From a virus: DNA of 64,000 bases. The DNA is taken from the IMG/VR virus record IMGVR_UViG_3300027801_001565. One strand, given 5' to 3'. Each line of letters starts with the position of its first letter. Position 1 is the stretch's first letter. This document shows positions 28,438 to 37,867 of this stretch, piece by piece. Under the pieces are notes generated by a model. That model was not told where the DNA came from and ran no database searches. It saw only the letters and a list, made by a program, of their open reading frames with translations. The position numbers and the translations under genes are program-made.

Positions 28438-29115
28438 ATGATTACAATGAAAACTATTTTAACTTTAAAATATGGCACCAAATATAGTGCTGAAGACGTG
28501 AATTCGATATACGAACATACCGATGGTGTGTACGATTACATCTGTGTAACCGATGATCCCTCAGGGCTTAACCCTAACATTAAAGTTATTTATATAGAAC
28601 ACGAACCCGAAGGTAATATGGAGAAGCTTAAACTTTTTCAGATTAAGGCTGATGAGGGGGAGACTATATTATATTTAGATCTTGATGTACGAATACAAAA
28701 GAATATAGATCATCTATTCGACTACTGCCAGCACTATCCAGTAATCGCATACACTTGGTGGAAGGATAAGGGTATTGATGAAATGCCAATAGATGAGTTT
28801 CCATACCACGCCAGCGAACCTTTAAGCAATTTTAACTCTAGTATTATGTTGTGGAAAGATGCAACGCATATTTGGAATCATTATTGTGAGAAACAAGACG
28901 AATATATAGTTAAGTATCCTCACGGAGATGATACATTTTTATACCATGAGGGATTTACCTTTGAACACTTACCCGATAAAGAGGTGTATTCATACATGTT
29001 CTCAGGTAGAAAATACAGACCTGAATATACAATATGTCTACTAAATGGGCAAGACAGATACCCGGAGATTGAGAAAGAATATGATGAACTTTGTTTGCAT
29101 AAAATGGGGCGATAA
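28438..29115 (+). CDS. GT-A fold glycosyltransferase (GT8-like)
   Basis: LKYGTKY, CVTDD, YLDLD (DxD), FNSSIM and GDD motifs; start may be at 28447. Confidence 0.75.
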   Translation: MITMKTILTLKYGTKYSAEDVNSIYEHTDGVYDYICVTDDPSGLNPNIKVIYIEHEPEGNMEKLKLFQIKADEGETILYLDLDVRIQKNIDHLFDYCQHYPVIAYTWWKDKGIDEMPIDEFPYHASEPLSNFNSSIMLWKDATHIWNHYCEKQDEYIVKYPHGDDTFLYHEGFTFEHLPDKEVYSYMFSGRKYRPEYTICLLNGQDRYPEIEKEYDELCLHKMGR

Positions 29116-29842
29116 ATACGAGCCTGCATATGTAAATAACCTGTATCGTATGGTACAGAACAATTACAAGCATGACTTTACATTTACCTGCTTCACCGAC
29201 GATCCCGTTGGATTGGATTGCGACACAAAACCTATACCCGATATAGATCCTCTTCACCCTAAGTACTGGTTTGGAATAGAGAACTACTGCTGGGATAGAT
29301 CCAAGTTCCTTGTATTCAACTCGCATAACTGGTTGGGGTATAATGGAAAGTGGTGTTATATGGATCTTGATATAATAATTCATAATGATATATCAGATCT
29401 AAACGAACTAGCATTGAAACCTAGAATAGCACACTCCAATTGGCAGGATCCTAAACAGTTACATGATAGGAAATTCATAGACATCAGAGGGACTTATCAT
29501 AATTCTAGTCTCATGTGCTGGAACAGAGATCAATGTGAACACATATTCTGGGACGTAATTCAAGAAGAGCAACAAATATTCAGAACGTTCTTTAAGGGTA
29601 CAGACAATTATCATTTCTGGAGACAGAGAGAGTTTTGGAATAACATACCTCACGATTGGTTGTACAGTTATAACCATGGTCTTAAATATCCAGATGATTT
29701 AGAGCGTTATAAATATAGAGAAGACTGTAAGATATGTATCTTTAATGTAAATAAGATTAAAGGCCAGACTCCACAGTATGAGATAAATGAAATAGATGAT
29801 GAACAACTTTTGAGACATTGGCATGGTAACACTAATAGCTAA
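29081..29842 (+). CDS. GT-A fold glycosyltransferase (GT8-like)
   Basis: CIKWGDKY, CFTDD, YMDLD, NSSLM and GTDNY motifs. Confidence 0.8.
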   Translation: MMNFVCIKWGDKYEPAYVNNLYRMVQNNYKHDFTFTCFTDDPVGLDCDTKPIPDIDPLHPKYWFGIENYCWDRSKFLVFNSHNWLGYNGKWCYMDLDIIIHNDISDLNELALKPRIAHSNWQDPKQLHDRKFIDIRGTYHNSSLMCWNRDQCEHIFWDVIQEEQQIFRTFFKGTDNYHFWRQREFWNNIPHDWLYSYNHGLKYPDDLERYKYREDCKICIFNVNKIKGQTPQYEINEIDDEQLLRHWHGNTNS

Positions 29843-31334
29843 TCAGCTAGACGCTAAATATAGTCAATCACATATAAATGCTTTTTATACACAAGCAAAA
29901 AAACTGATTGCTGATCCTTTTGACTTTGTTGTCTTTGTAAACCAAACAGAAATGAGTCTGCTAAACACAACCAAAAAGAAAGACGGGTACCTACAAGGGA
30001 TTACATTCCATGTACCTAAGTACGGTAAAGACTGGATTGAAATTGATATTATCCAGCATACCAAACCAGGCGAGCGTAGTCTACTTGTAACACCAAACGT
30101 TATATTAAACAATCCTGAATCGTTCTTTAGTTATAAGTCAAAGGGTATTGACAAACTATATCTTGAAGACGGAAATCTGTGTTACTTCTGCCACCGTAAT
30201 GAAAAGGTTGAAGGCATATTATCTAAGTGGAATGAGATGGAAGACTCAATGACGTTTGACAACCACTCCTTTGAAGATGCGTTCTTTAGTAACATTGTAC
30301 CAGACTTTTCGTTTATACAAAATACAAATCACAACTACCCAGAAAAGACTGAGGGCGACATAGTTGTATTGCCTTATTGGTATTCAGATTTCTCTAAAGA
30401 ACAATTAGAATTAAATTACAACAGAGAGGCAGATCTATATCCTTGGCTACCCGAAAGAGTAGAGATTGAAGCAATAGGACCTACTGGACATTTAACTACT
30501 GATATTGTTGAAGATGCTTTTACTGTAGACTTTTGTGAGAAGGCAAGACTAAAAAGAATTAAAATGGTAGGACTTACACAAGATCCTACTGATAACCCAG
30601 AGTTGTTTGACATAATACAATACCTAATGGGTAACTGGGGCGTTGCAGTTGACCTTGAAACTGATGGTATTAATAACGACATGGGATGGTGGCGTACATT
30701 GGGTATGTTATACTTTACAATAACAAATAATATAGCTAACATTACATTTAATATTAACACCTCACACCCAGACGAAAAGATACTACGACATGCAGACGAG
30801 TTACTTAAGCAGGGTTGCAGAGTCTTTTGGAGTTACACACAAACATCGTTGACGCAAGAGAATGATGTTGTAAGAGCTAAAGAGTTATCTAAAAGACATC
30901 TTTTTACAGGTTTCATATATAATGATAAAATCGAACCAGAGAAAGTGGTTATAGAACCGAAGGAAACCAGTGAAATGCCAGACTATAATCTCATTACACT
31001 TGACACTCTACAGACAGTTAAACAAGACGACATATATAAAGAGAGAAAGATAAAATTTGCTCCACATGTTAAATGTGAAGGTAAGATTAATAATCAATTT
31101 TATTTAAGTGCTAAAGGAAATGTATTTCCGTGTAAGCATGTAGCAAACAATATTATCTCAGCAGACAGATCTCCAGAACATAGGACGGAGTTAATGTATA
31201 GTTGGGACAAGAACAATATTTGTAATTATACATTAGAAGATATTTTTACTAATGATTTTTACAAAGGGTATTTTAATAATTTATTAAAGTTGAACCCGAT
31301 AGTTATTCATAATGAACAGGAAGGCATATGTTAA
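29823..31334 (+). CDS. Degenerate glycosyltransferase domain fused to a radical-SAM/SPASM-like domain
   Basis: N-terminus resembles the neighbouring GTs but has no DxD. C-terminal half has DPTDNPELFDII, LETDG and C...YLSAKGNVFPC, but no CxxxCxxC. Confidence 0.5.
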   Translation: MVTLIANQLDAKYSQSHINAFYTQAKKLIADPFDFVVFVNQTEMSLLNTTKKKDGYLQGITFHVPKYGKDWIEIDIIQHTKPGERSLLVTPNVILNNPESFFSYKSKGIDKLYLEDGNLCYFCHRNEKVEGILSKWNEMEDSMTFDNHSFEDAFFSNIVPDFSFIQNTNHNYPEKTEGDIVVLPYWYSDFSKEQLELNYNREADLYPWLPERVEIEAIGPTGHLTTDIVEDAFTVDFCEKARLKRIKMVGLTQDPTDNPELFDIIQYLMGNWGVAVDLETDGINNDMGWWRTLGMLYFTITNNIANITFNINTSHPDEKILRHADELLKQGCRVFWSYTQTSLTQENDVVRAKELSKRHLFTGFIYNDKIEPEKVVIEPKETSEMPDYNLITLDTLQTVKQDDIYKERKIKFAPHVKCEGKINNQFYLSAKGNVFPCKHVANNIISADRSPEHRTELMYSWDKNNICNYTLEDIFTNDFYKGYFNNLLKLNPIVIHNEQEGIC

Positions 31335-31546
31335 AAGTTAAAGATGGTACGGTGATTGAAGGTAGTTTTAATGATGAGGAATTCATTCCTATTGTAGTCA
31401 ACTCAGAATTCTCCACACTATTAGTTCAAATAGATTTAGAAAATTTCGAACCAAAGTGTGTTGAAATTACAATGTTGCTTGCAGGTGAAGGCAAACAATA
31501 CGGTACAGATTATGTTATTGTTAGGAGAGCAGTAAGTGAGAGTTAA
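31328..31546 (+). CDS. Hypothetical protein
   Basis: 72 aa, overlapping both neighbours. Confidence 0.55.
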   Translation: MLKVKDGTVIEGSFNDEEFIPIVVNSEFSTLLVQIDLENFEPKCVEITMLLAGEGKQYGTDYVIVRRAVSES

Positions 31547-32348
31547 TATTGTATGTGCCAAGTGGGGGACAAAATATGGTCCTCACTTTGTAAACAAATT
31601 AAAGAATATGGCAAAAAGAAACTGTGATCCAAAACACGATTTCCATTTCTATTGTTATACTGATGACTCCGAAGGCTTTGATGATGACATTAAGGTTATA
31701 GACTTCCCAGATATTCCAAACATACACCCGAAGTATTGGTTCCAAAAAGACGAATTTAAATATGGCATGGCACGATGTTGGGATAGACCTAAAACATTTG
31801 TATTCAATACGCACAACTTTGCTGAAGATAAACCTACAGGACGTTTTGTTTTCTTTGACTTAGATGTAATCATACAGAATGACATAGAGCCTTTACTTAC
31901 ATACAACATGGAACGGCCTACTAAGTTAAGATCTTGGTGGCAAGATCCTCGTCCAATGAAGACTCGTAGATTTAAATTGGCACATGGTGCATACACAAAT
32001 GGCAGTTGTCAAGTATGGAGCGACGATCAGGCAGAATGTATATGGGACGATGTATTAAAACACCAGGAACAGATATGGTTTACATATACAGACGGTACAG
32101 ACAATTATCACTCTTGGAGATGGGGAGACTGGGGTAAGAAACTATGGGATCACTTCCCGGCAGACTATGCTTACTCGTATAACCGAGGCCGTAGTTGGGA
32201 CGATGACGATTTAGAAGTTGACATTTACAGAGAGACTCCAATTGTATGTGTATTTAATATTGATCTACTACCGTTTGAGGATGCTAGTAGAGGACACACA
32301 AAACAAGATGAGTTAGCAGACCCTGCGTTATTGAGGCATTGGGTATAA
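31536..32348 (+). CDS. GT-A fold glycosyltransferase (GT8-like)
   Basis: CAKWGTKY, CYTDD, FFDLD and GTDNY motifs; GTG start. Confidence 0.8.
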   Translation: MRVNIVCAKWGTKYGPHFVNKLKNMAKRNCDPKHDFHFYCYTDDSEGFDDDIKVIDFPDIPNIHPKYWFQKDEFKYGMARCWDRPKTFVFNTHNFAEDKPTGRFVFFDLDVIIQNDIEPLLTYNMERPTKLRSWWQDPRPMKTRRFKLAHGAYTNGSCQVWSDDQAECIWDDVLKHQEQIWFTYTDGTDNYHSWRWGDWGKKLWDHFPADYAYSYNRGRSWDDDDLEVDIYRETPIVCVFNIDLLPFEDASRGHTKQDELADPALLRHWV

Positions 32349-33037
32349 TGCACATAGAGTATTTAAATATCTATACGGTTAAACATGGTACCAAATACGG
32401 CTCCGCGCATGTTAACAAGATATTAGAATCCTGTAAGCAGAATTTGTCTTACAAGTTTACGTTTCATTGTTTAACTGAAAGTCCTAAAGGATTAGATGAA
32501 GACATAGTAGTCATTCCTCTTCCTAAAGATAACAAGTTAGAAAAATGGTGGAATAAGATGTACTTGTTTGATAGCAACGTTGTAAGACAGAAGGGTGAGA
32601 ATCTTTTCTTTGACTTAGATGTTATCATACAAAAAGACATAGATGATATAGCTAATTTCGATCCTGAGGATTGCTTAGCTTTTGGCCAAACACATTGGCA
32701 TGATTTAGAAACTATGGCAAAGAACACAGAGCATGTTCCTCATAGATTCACAGATTTAAATAGTAGTGTATTAAGATGGAACGATAACCTGGATACAGAA
32801 AATATATCGTTATATTTTAAAGCACATTTGGAAAAGGTCCTATGGTACTATAGGGGGATAGATAACTTCTTCATGCACAAGGGTGTAGCAAGAATTAAAT
32901 ATTTTCCAATAGGGTGGTTTTATAGTTACAATCACGGGTACATATATCCGCATGATGTAGAAAAACAAGTGTACAGACAGATACCATATGTTTGTTTATT
33001 TGATTCAATGGGAAGAAAAGAAGATGTTAAATTTTAA
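32348..33037 (+). CDS. GT-A fold glycosyltransferase (GT8-like)
   Basis: VKHGTKY, WWNKM.LF, FFDLD, NSSVL and GID motifs; TAATG coupling to the previous gene. Confidence 0.8.
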   Translation: MHIEYLNIYTVKHGTKYGSAHVNKILESCKQNLSYKFTFHCLTESPKGLDEDIVVIPLPKDNKLEKWWNKMYLFDSNVVRQKGENLFFDLDVIIQKDIDDIANFDPEDCLAFGQTHWHDLETMAKNTEHVPHRFTDLNSSVLRWNDNLDTENISLYFKAHLEKVLWYYRGIDNFFMHKGVARIKYFPIGWFYSYNHGYIYPHDVEKQVYRQIPYVCLFDSMGRKEDVKF

Positions 33038-33692
33038 TTTTTTAAACAGTATGCAATATTGGGGAGAGGGTTTAGCCAAAGTCGAGCATGAAATGAAACA
33101 CAAGCACGATGACTTTAGGCAGGCGCTTAATCCGAATACTATGGAAGGGGCTATTTGGTTAGTTGAAGAGCTAAAGAAAAGCCTAGACAATTACATGAAA
33201 GACGAGCAGTTTAATATTCTTATATTAAATAGCTGGTTAGGAGTTCCTTTAGTTCCACTGCTGTGTGAGAACTTGTCCGTAGGAGAAATGCACCTAGTTG
33301 ACATCGATAAAGAAGCTTTAGAGCTCTCTAAGGTCTTTAACAAGCATTATAGCACTGAAGAATACATAAAATTAAATCATTGGAACTTAGATGTTCCCTT
33401 CGCTTTTGATGAACTTAATCAATTGAATGTTGATATTGTAATTACAATGGGAGCAGAACAGATGTTTCCATTACAGGATTTAAAAACAGCAAACAAACAT
33501 GCAGTATTTGCTTGTCAATCATCTAATGTTATTGAAGAGATGTATGGTATCAACTGTGTGGATAGTGAGAAGGCTCTTATTGAGAACGTGGGTCTTAAAG
33601 ATACCATGTACTCAGGTAAAACAAAACAATTTTACTATGATTGGAATGGTAAAGTATACTTCGATAGGTTTATGGCAATTGGCACAAAATAA
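33024..33692 (+). CDS. Class I SAM-dependent methyltransferase-like protein (divergent)
   Basis: ILILNSWLG / LVDID / DIVIT pattern and C-terminal RFMAIG; glycine-rich motif I is degenerate. Confidence 0.55.
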   Translation: MLNFNFLNSMQYWGEGLAKVEHEMKHKHDDFRQALNPNTMEGAIWLVEELKKSLDNYMKDEQFNILILNSWLGVPLVPLLCENLSVGEMHLVDIDKEALELSKVFNKHYSTEEYIKLNHWNLDVPFAFDELNQLNVDIVITMGAEQMFPLQDLKTANKHAVFACQSSNVIEEMYGINCVDSEKALIENVGLKDTMYSGKTKQFYYDWNGKVYFDRFMAIGTK

Positions 33693-33912
33693 AAAACTGA
33701 ACGCAGCTTTAAAAGAAGCATCCTTCGATACTTTTATAGGAGCAATAATAATGTTCCCTTTAAGTGTATTCATAATAAAAGTTTGTATAGAGTACGCTGA
33801 AACCACAGCATTTATGGCTGCGTTAATTAACTTTATATCTTTAACTGGAGTAGCCATCGTGAGGAAAACCCTAGTGAGGCTAAGGTTCTCCAAGTACGAT
33901 GTGTTTGATTAG
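33679..33912 (+). CDS. Small membrane protein (two helices)
   Basis: TTG start overlapping the previous stop; two hydrophobic segments. Confidence 0.55.
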   Translation: MAQNKKLNAALKEASFDTFIGAIIMFPLSVFIIKVCIEYAETTAFMAALINFISLTGVAIVRKTLVRLRFSKYDVFD

Positions 33913-34088
33913 TCTCGTTCGCCGATCTTTTTAAACTTACGTCTAGATTTACTAAACTGTTTTAAAGGACTCTTAAAGACTTTGTCATTGTATTGAACCA
34001 AGTGTCCAGTCTTTTTGTTAACGTGATATATTCCATTTGTTATATTCACGCCATCCCAGTCAGTTACTTCTTGTAATATCTCAATCAT
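33909..34088 (-). CDS. Small hypothetical protein (59 aa)
   Basis: Not in the ORF track: MIEILQEVTDWDG...FSKSRRKFKKIGERD; start overlaps the ligase stop. Confidence 0.65.
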   Translation of the reverse strand: MIEILQEVTDWDGVNITNGIYHVNKKTGHLVQYNDKVFKSPLKQFSKSRRKFKKIGERD

Positions 34089-35193
34089 TTCTATCTCCTA
34101 TACCCCAGTCAATTACTACTGGGAAACGTGGAACACCATCTGGTGTCTTCTCAAAATATCTAACAGTAACCCAAGTAGGTTTTACTTCCTGTTCAAGTAA
34201 TGCTTTTAATACAGCCTGTTGTCCTCTAACTCCACTACCGAAAGTTCTACCATCGCCTAACTCTAGTTCAAAGTGTTTGGCATATCCCGCCCAGTTACCT
34301 GAACCCTCTAGTACTTTAACAACATTAAACTCTTCGGTAACAAACTCTTTTCGTTTAAGTAGATTCTTACTTCTTTTATTCTCATAAGGTGTGTCGTTAC
34401 GAACCATTTGTCCTTCGTATCCTTGCTCTGTGTATTCTGAATATAAAGTATCTAGTTCGTCTTGGCTATCACACCATGTTGTTGTAACTAATTTAATACA
34501 ATCACTGCTACGCCAAGCCATAAAGTCTTCATTAAGAAAGGCATCTCTATCTGAAAATGATTCGTTGTCTAAATCTACCATATCATATACATGATACTGA
34601 ACAAGTTTTTCTGCCATTTCTTGTTCTTCCTGTGAAGGTTTTATTTTACGAACTAGACTTGTAATCTTGTTGAAGTCTGATTTTAGTGCGTGATTATAAA
34701 GTTCACCATCTAATATAACATCAGGCCACTCTTCAAAGAAAGCTTTTAGATCATTGTATATGTGATTACAAGTTGTAATCTCTTTTCCTGCTCTTGTATA
34801 AAGGCCGTCTTTTCTTGCAATACATCTAATACCATCTAACTTAGGTTGACTGAAACCATTAGACTGAGGTCTTTTAGTGTAGTCATGTGCTAGTTGGGGT
34901 TTAAACTTATCGTAAGAATCAACAAGTGAGATGTCTTCAAAGTATTCTTTTTCTACTTTCTTATCCCACATTGCTTGAGCTTCTTTTTGTGCTTGTTCAG
35001 CATCTGTAGTAGCATTTGCTTTACCTTCGTTCTTGCCGTAAGCATCTTTCCAACCACTAGTAACTAGTTTGCCGTCTTTAATGCCTGCAATAGTTCTAGT
35101 AGCATTCATCACACCATTAGAATATTCGACTGTTAGTTCACGAATGTTTCCGTTCGTGTCTCTTTTGTATAGTTTGTTTAAAGGAAATATCAT
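34081..35193 (-). CDS. ATP-dependent DNA ligase
   Basis: QPKLDGIRC (motif I), LDGELY, YHVYD, GYEGQMVR, LLKRK and C-terminal OB-fold PRFP motifs. Confidence 0.93.
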   Translation of the reverse strand: MIFPLNKLYKRDTNGNIRELTVEYSNGVMNATRTIAGIKDGKLVTSGWKDAYGKNEGKANATTDAEQAQKEAQAMWDKKVEKEYFEDISLVDSYDKFKPQLAHDYTKRPQSNGFSQPKLDGIRCIARKDGLYTRAGKEITTCNHIYNDLKAFFEEWPDVILDGELYNHALKSDFNKITSLVRKIKPSQEEQEMAEKLVQYHVYDMVDLDNESFSDRDAFLNEDFMAWRSSDCIKLVTTTWCDSQDELDTLYSEYTEQGYEGQMVRNDTPYENKRSKNLLKRKEFVTEEFNVVKVLEGSGNWAGYAKHFELELGDGRTFGSGVRGQQAVLKALLEQEVKPTWVTVRYFEKTPDGVPRFPVVIDWGIGDRND

Positions 35194-35351
35194 AGTATGT
35201 AGACTCCATTTGAAAATACTGTCTGCCAAACAGCTAGGGCTAGTAGTACTAGGATTCCTGCTGCAAGTAATTTAACTAAAAACATTAACATTCCTGGTAA
35301 AAATTTAAATGCCAAAAAGCCTATTGCTAACAATCCGATTAGTTCTAACAT
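35190..35351 (-). CDS. Small hydrophobic membrane protein (53 aa)
   Basis: Not in the ORF track: MLELIGLLAIGFLAFKFLPGMLMFLVKLLAAGILVLLALAVWQTVFSNGVYIL; coupled at both ends (TAATG, ATGA). Confidence 0.65.
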   Translation of the reverse strand: MLELIGLLAIGFLAFKFLPGMLMFLVKLLAAGILVLLALAVWQTVFSNGVYIL

Positions 35352-35629
35352 TAAGCCACCTCTAACATTGAGTAAGGAACATTGACTTTTGAAAGTCCTC
35401 TTCCTTGCCAGTTCATTTCAACAACACATTTCTTAGGGTTCATCTTAACAATCACCGCAGAAGTAGATTTAGTCTTTTGAACTACATTTACTTTCTGTCC
35501 AACTGAAAATTGATGACACTTGTTCCATGTCGTTGAGCCGCTTTTCAACTGATTTGCAAAGTTCACAATCTGAGTCAATTCATCTTGATTCATTGTTGAC
35601 ATTTCTATTTTTAAAGTTTGAATATTCAT
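35351..35629 (-). CDS. Early hypothetical protein (KOW/SH3-like)
   Basis: F.VGQKV.V...V.KMNPK...V pattern; own promoter and GAGG RBS. Confidence 0.7.
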   Translation of the reverse strand: MNIQTLKIEMSTMNQDELTQIVNFANQLKSGSTTWNKCHQFSVGQKVNVVQKTKSTSAVIVKMNPKKCVVEMNWQGRGLSKVNVPYSMLEVA

Positions 35630-35675
35630 TATTTAGTCCTCACTATTTTTGTTTGTTTCTTCATTTTATACCGTT

Positions 35676-35704
35676 ATTATAGCACCCTAGGGACCATAAG
35701 TCAA
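35676..35704 (-). promoter_or_regulatory. sigma70-type early promoter
   Basis: TTGACT-17 nt-TATAAT. Confidence 0.85.
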
Positions 35705-35712
35705 GCATTATT

Positions 35713-35961
35713 TTAAAAGAGTTCCAATTGAGTTGAAGTAACTTCTACCTTTAATTGGTTCATTGCGTTACTGTTTAGGTAAGCAGTTTTCCATCCACCT
35801 GACGGCCATTTAGCATAACCAATCAAGTAGTAATCTGCCTTAATAGTAGGGTGAGCGGTTGCTTTCCCAGCATCTATTTGTAACACTTCACCTGTTAAAA
35901 CACCAGCTCCTGATGTCCATGTTATAGTTTGCCCTACATTCGCCCAATTACTTACTCTCAT
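35713..35961 (-). CDS. Early hypothetical protein
   Basis: Start MRVSNW at 35961, after a promoter and AGGTG RBS. Confidence 0.7.
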   Translation of the reverse strand: MRVSNWANVGQTITWTSGAGVLTGEVLQIDAGKATAHPTIKADYYLIGYAKWPSGGWKTAYLNSNAMNQLKVEVTSTQLELF

Positions 35962-36000
35962 ATTCTCACCTTTTATTGTTTGTTTCTTCATTATACCGTT

Positions 36001-36029
36001 AGTATAGCAAGCATAGGACCAAAAGTCAA
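36001..36029 (-). promoter_or_regulatory. sigma70-type early promoter (near-duplicate of 35676-35704)
   Basis: TTGACT-17 nt-TATACT. Confidence 0.8.
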
Positions 36030-36077
36030 GCACTTTATGAAAAGATTTCAACTCTTTTTAGGTGTTAAATCAGTAAC

Positions 36078-36737
36078 TTAGGAGAGATGATCTGCGGATT
36101 CGCCCGAGATATCCTCAATCATGTTGCGCCACATGTCGATTTGAGGGATAACATAGGCTAATGTGATGCGTGGTTCGTGTGTTCCAGCACAATGATAGTA
36201 CACTTTCTCGGGTTCTCTGCCCTTGCCGTAGTATCCTACCTTACAAGACCAACCACCAGGATCATCCATAGTGACTATCTCATGTGTTTTGGCGTCCCTG
36301 TACTTAAAGAAGCCGCCTCCCTTCTCTGTATATGATAGAAGGATATTATAACCAGAGGCGTTCCAGTTATTGTGCCACCCCATATAACCATCAACTGGAT
36401 AGTATACATGAACTGCCTCATTTCTAGCTCCTAGAAACTCCAATAGTGTAGATGACATTTGTTCGTGTTTAACTCTAAAGTTGTCAGGGCATAGGTGTTT
36501 TAGTCCCATTAGATCAAAGCTTCTAGAGATTTCGGGATAGCCTACATGTGCGCCATCCTTTTGTAATATCTTAGCTAAATACTCAGGTCCACAACAATAC
36601 TCCATATCAACTTTAGTGTCGTTCTTTTCGTTTTCGTCTGATAACTTATTCAATGGTTCCAAGTCTTGACTAAAAAACCAATCGCTGTAGGGCGTAAGAA
36701 TATCTAAGAGTTCATCACTTATATCGGTAAATATCAT
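36078..36737 (-). CDS. Cupin / 2OG-Fe(II) oxygenase-like protein
   Basis: YYP..GYMGWHNN...YYHCA....PRITL double-stranded beta-helix pattern (HxN...H...R). Confidence 0.55.
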   Translation of the reverse strand: MIFTDISDELLDILTPYSDWFFSQDLEPLNKLSDENEKNDTKVDMEYCCGPEYLAKILQKDGAHVGYPEISRSFDLMGLKHLCPDNFRVKHEQMSSTLLEFLGARNEAVHVYYPVDGYMGWHNNWNASGYNILLSYTEKGGGFFKYRDAKTHEIVTMDDPGGWSCKVGYYGKGREPEKVYYHCAGTHEPRITLAYVIPQIDMWRNMIEDISGESADHLS

Positions 36738-37867
36738 AGTGGTGCACTCCTTGAATTGTGATCTTTACTAAACATTAATTTTTCTGCCGTATATTGTTCT
36801 TGCCATGTGTAATCATATCGTGTAGATTTGTTCTCTATTATATTAAGATCGTTGTCAACAAAGCCTACTGCTGTTATGTTATCACACTCTTTAATTATTA
36901 TATCTAATGATTGCCAAGAGTCGTCTGGAAACAATTCAAAAGCTGGCATACCCATGACTGCATCTCCTACACCTGTTTTAGGATCATTGTAATCATAACC
37001 TTTATCTTCTAGCCACTTAATAAAACCTGATTCTTCATCCATCCTATATAAATCTAATTCATTGCCAGGACCTGTAAGACATATTTGTACTTCGCCTACC
37101 ATAATACAATGTTGAGATATGCCGGTCTCATCTATGTATTCGTCTCCATCTTCAAACACCTCTCTAAGTGTTTTTCCTGTTTGTGCATAGTATGGAACGA
37201 GTGCGCCCCATAGTATTCCTGACTTTCCCCAGTCATTACTATGTTTGTCTTCATAATAATATTTTATTCTCTCCTTGCGTTTAACTCCATCCCAACAGAA
37301 ACTGTTGTAGCTTATTCCTGTCCAACCATATGATTCAAAATCTCCATGCCCAGGTGATATGGCGTGTACATAATTTTCTATTTCATGGCAGGCATTATTA
37401 AGGCAATGTGTAGCCCAACGAGTATGGTTATCCATAATCTCATACCACTTACTTACACTCCATGTTTGTCCTATAAGTACCTCGAAGTGATGATGTAGTT
37501 GATTAAAATCATCACGAAATAAATCGGGAGTCCAACAACGCTCAGGTGTAAAGTGTTGTGTTATAGTAGGAAAGTCTGTTAGTCGGGTATTAATAACTTC
37601 AATAGCATCATTAAGTTCATCACATATCTGTTGTACGTTACGACTCCATGGCTGATCTTTTGTTTTAGGAAAGCCTTTATTCATAAAACGTTTATCTAGA
37701 AGTGCGTATGATGTTTGATTATCTATACCTATATAGTTGGATATAAGTGTTTTCTTCCAAAACTGAGATATATGCTTATCATTAATATTCCAATACATGG
37801 TGAAAGCACTCTCACCATTAGAATACTCTACAAAGAATCGTTCATTATCAAGTGTCTGTCCAATCAT
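36734..37867 (-). CDS. Hypothetical protein, possibly metal-binding
   Basis: 377 aa; helical His/Glu motifs NQLHHHFE and LNNACHEIE. Confidence 0.6.
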   Translation of the reverse strand: MIGQTLDNERFFVEYSNGESAFTMYWNINDKHISQFWKKTLISNYIGIDNQTSYALLDKRFMNKGFPKTKDQPWSRNVQQICDELNDAIEVINTRLTDFPTITQHFTPERCWTPDLFRDDFNQLHHHFEVLIGQTWSVSKWYEIMDNHTRWATHCLNNACHEIENYVHAISPGHGDFESYGWTGISYNSFCWDGVKRKERIKYYYEDKHSNDWGKSGILWGALVPYYAQTGKTLREVFEDGDEYIDETGISQHCIMVGEVQICLTGPGNELDLYRMDEESGFIKWLEDKGYDYNDPKTGVGDAVMGMPAFELFPDDSWQSLDIIIKECDNITAVGFVDNDLNIIENKSTRYDYTWQEQYTAEKLMFSKDHNSRSAPL

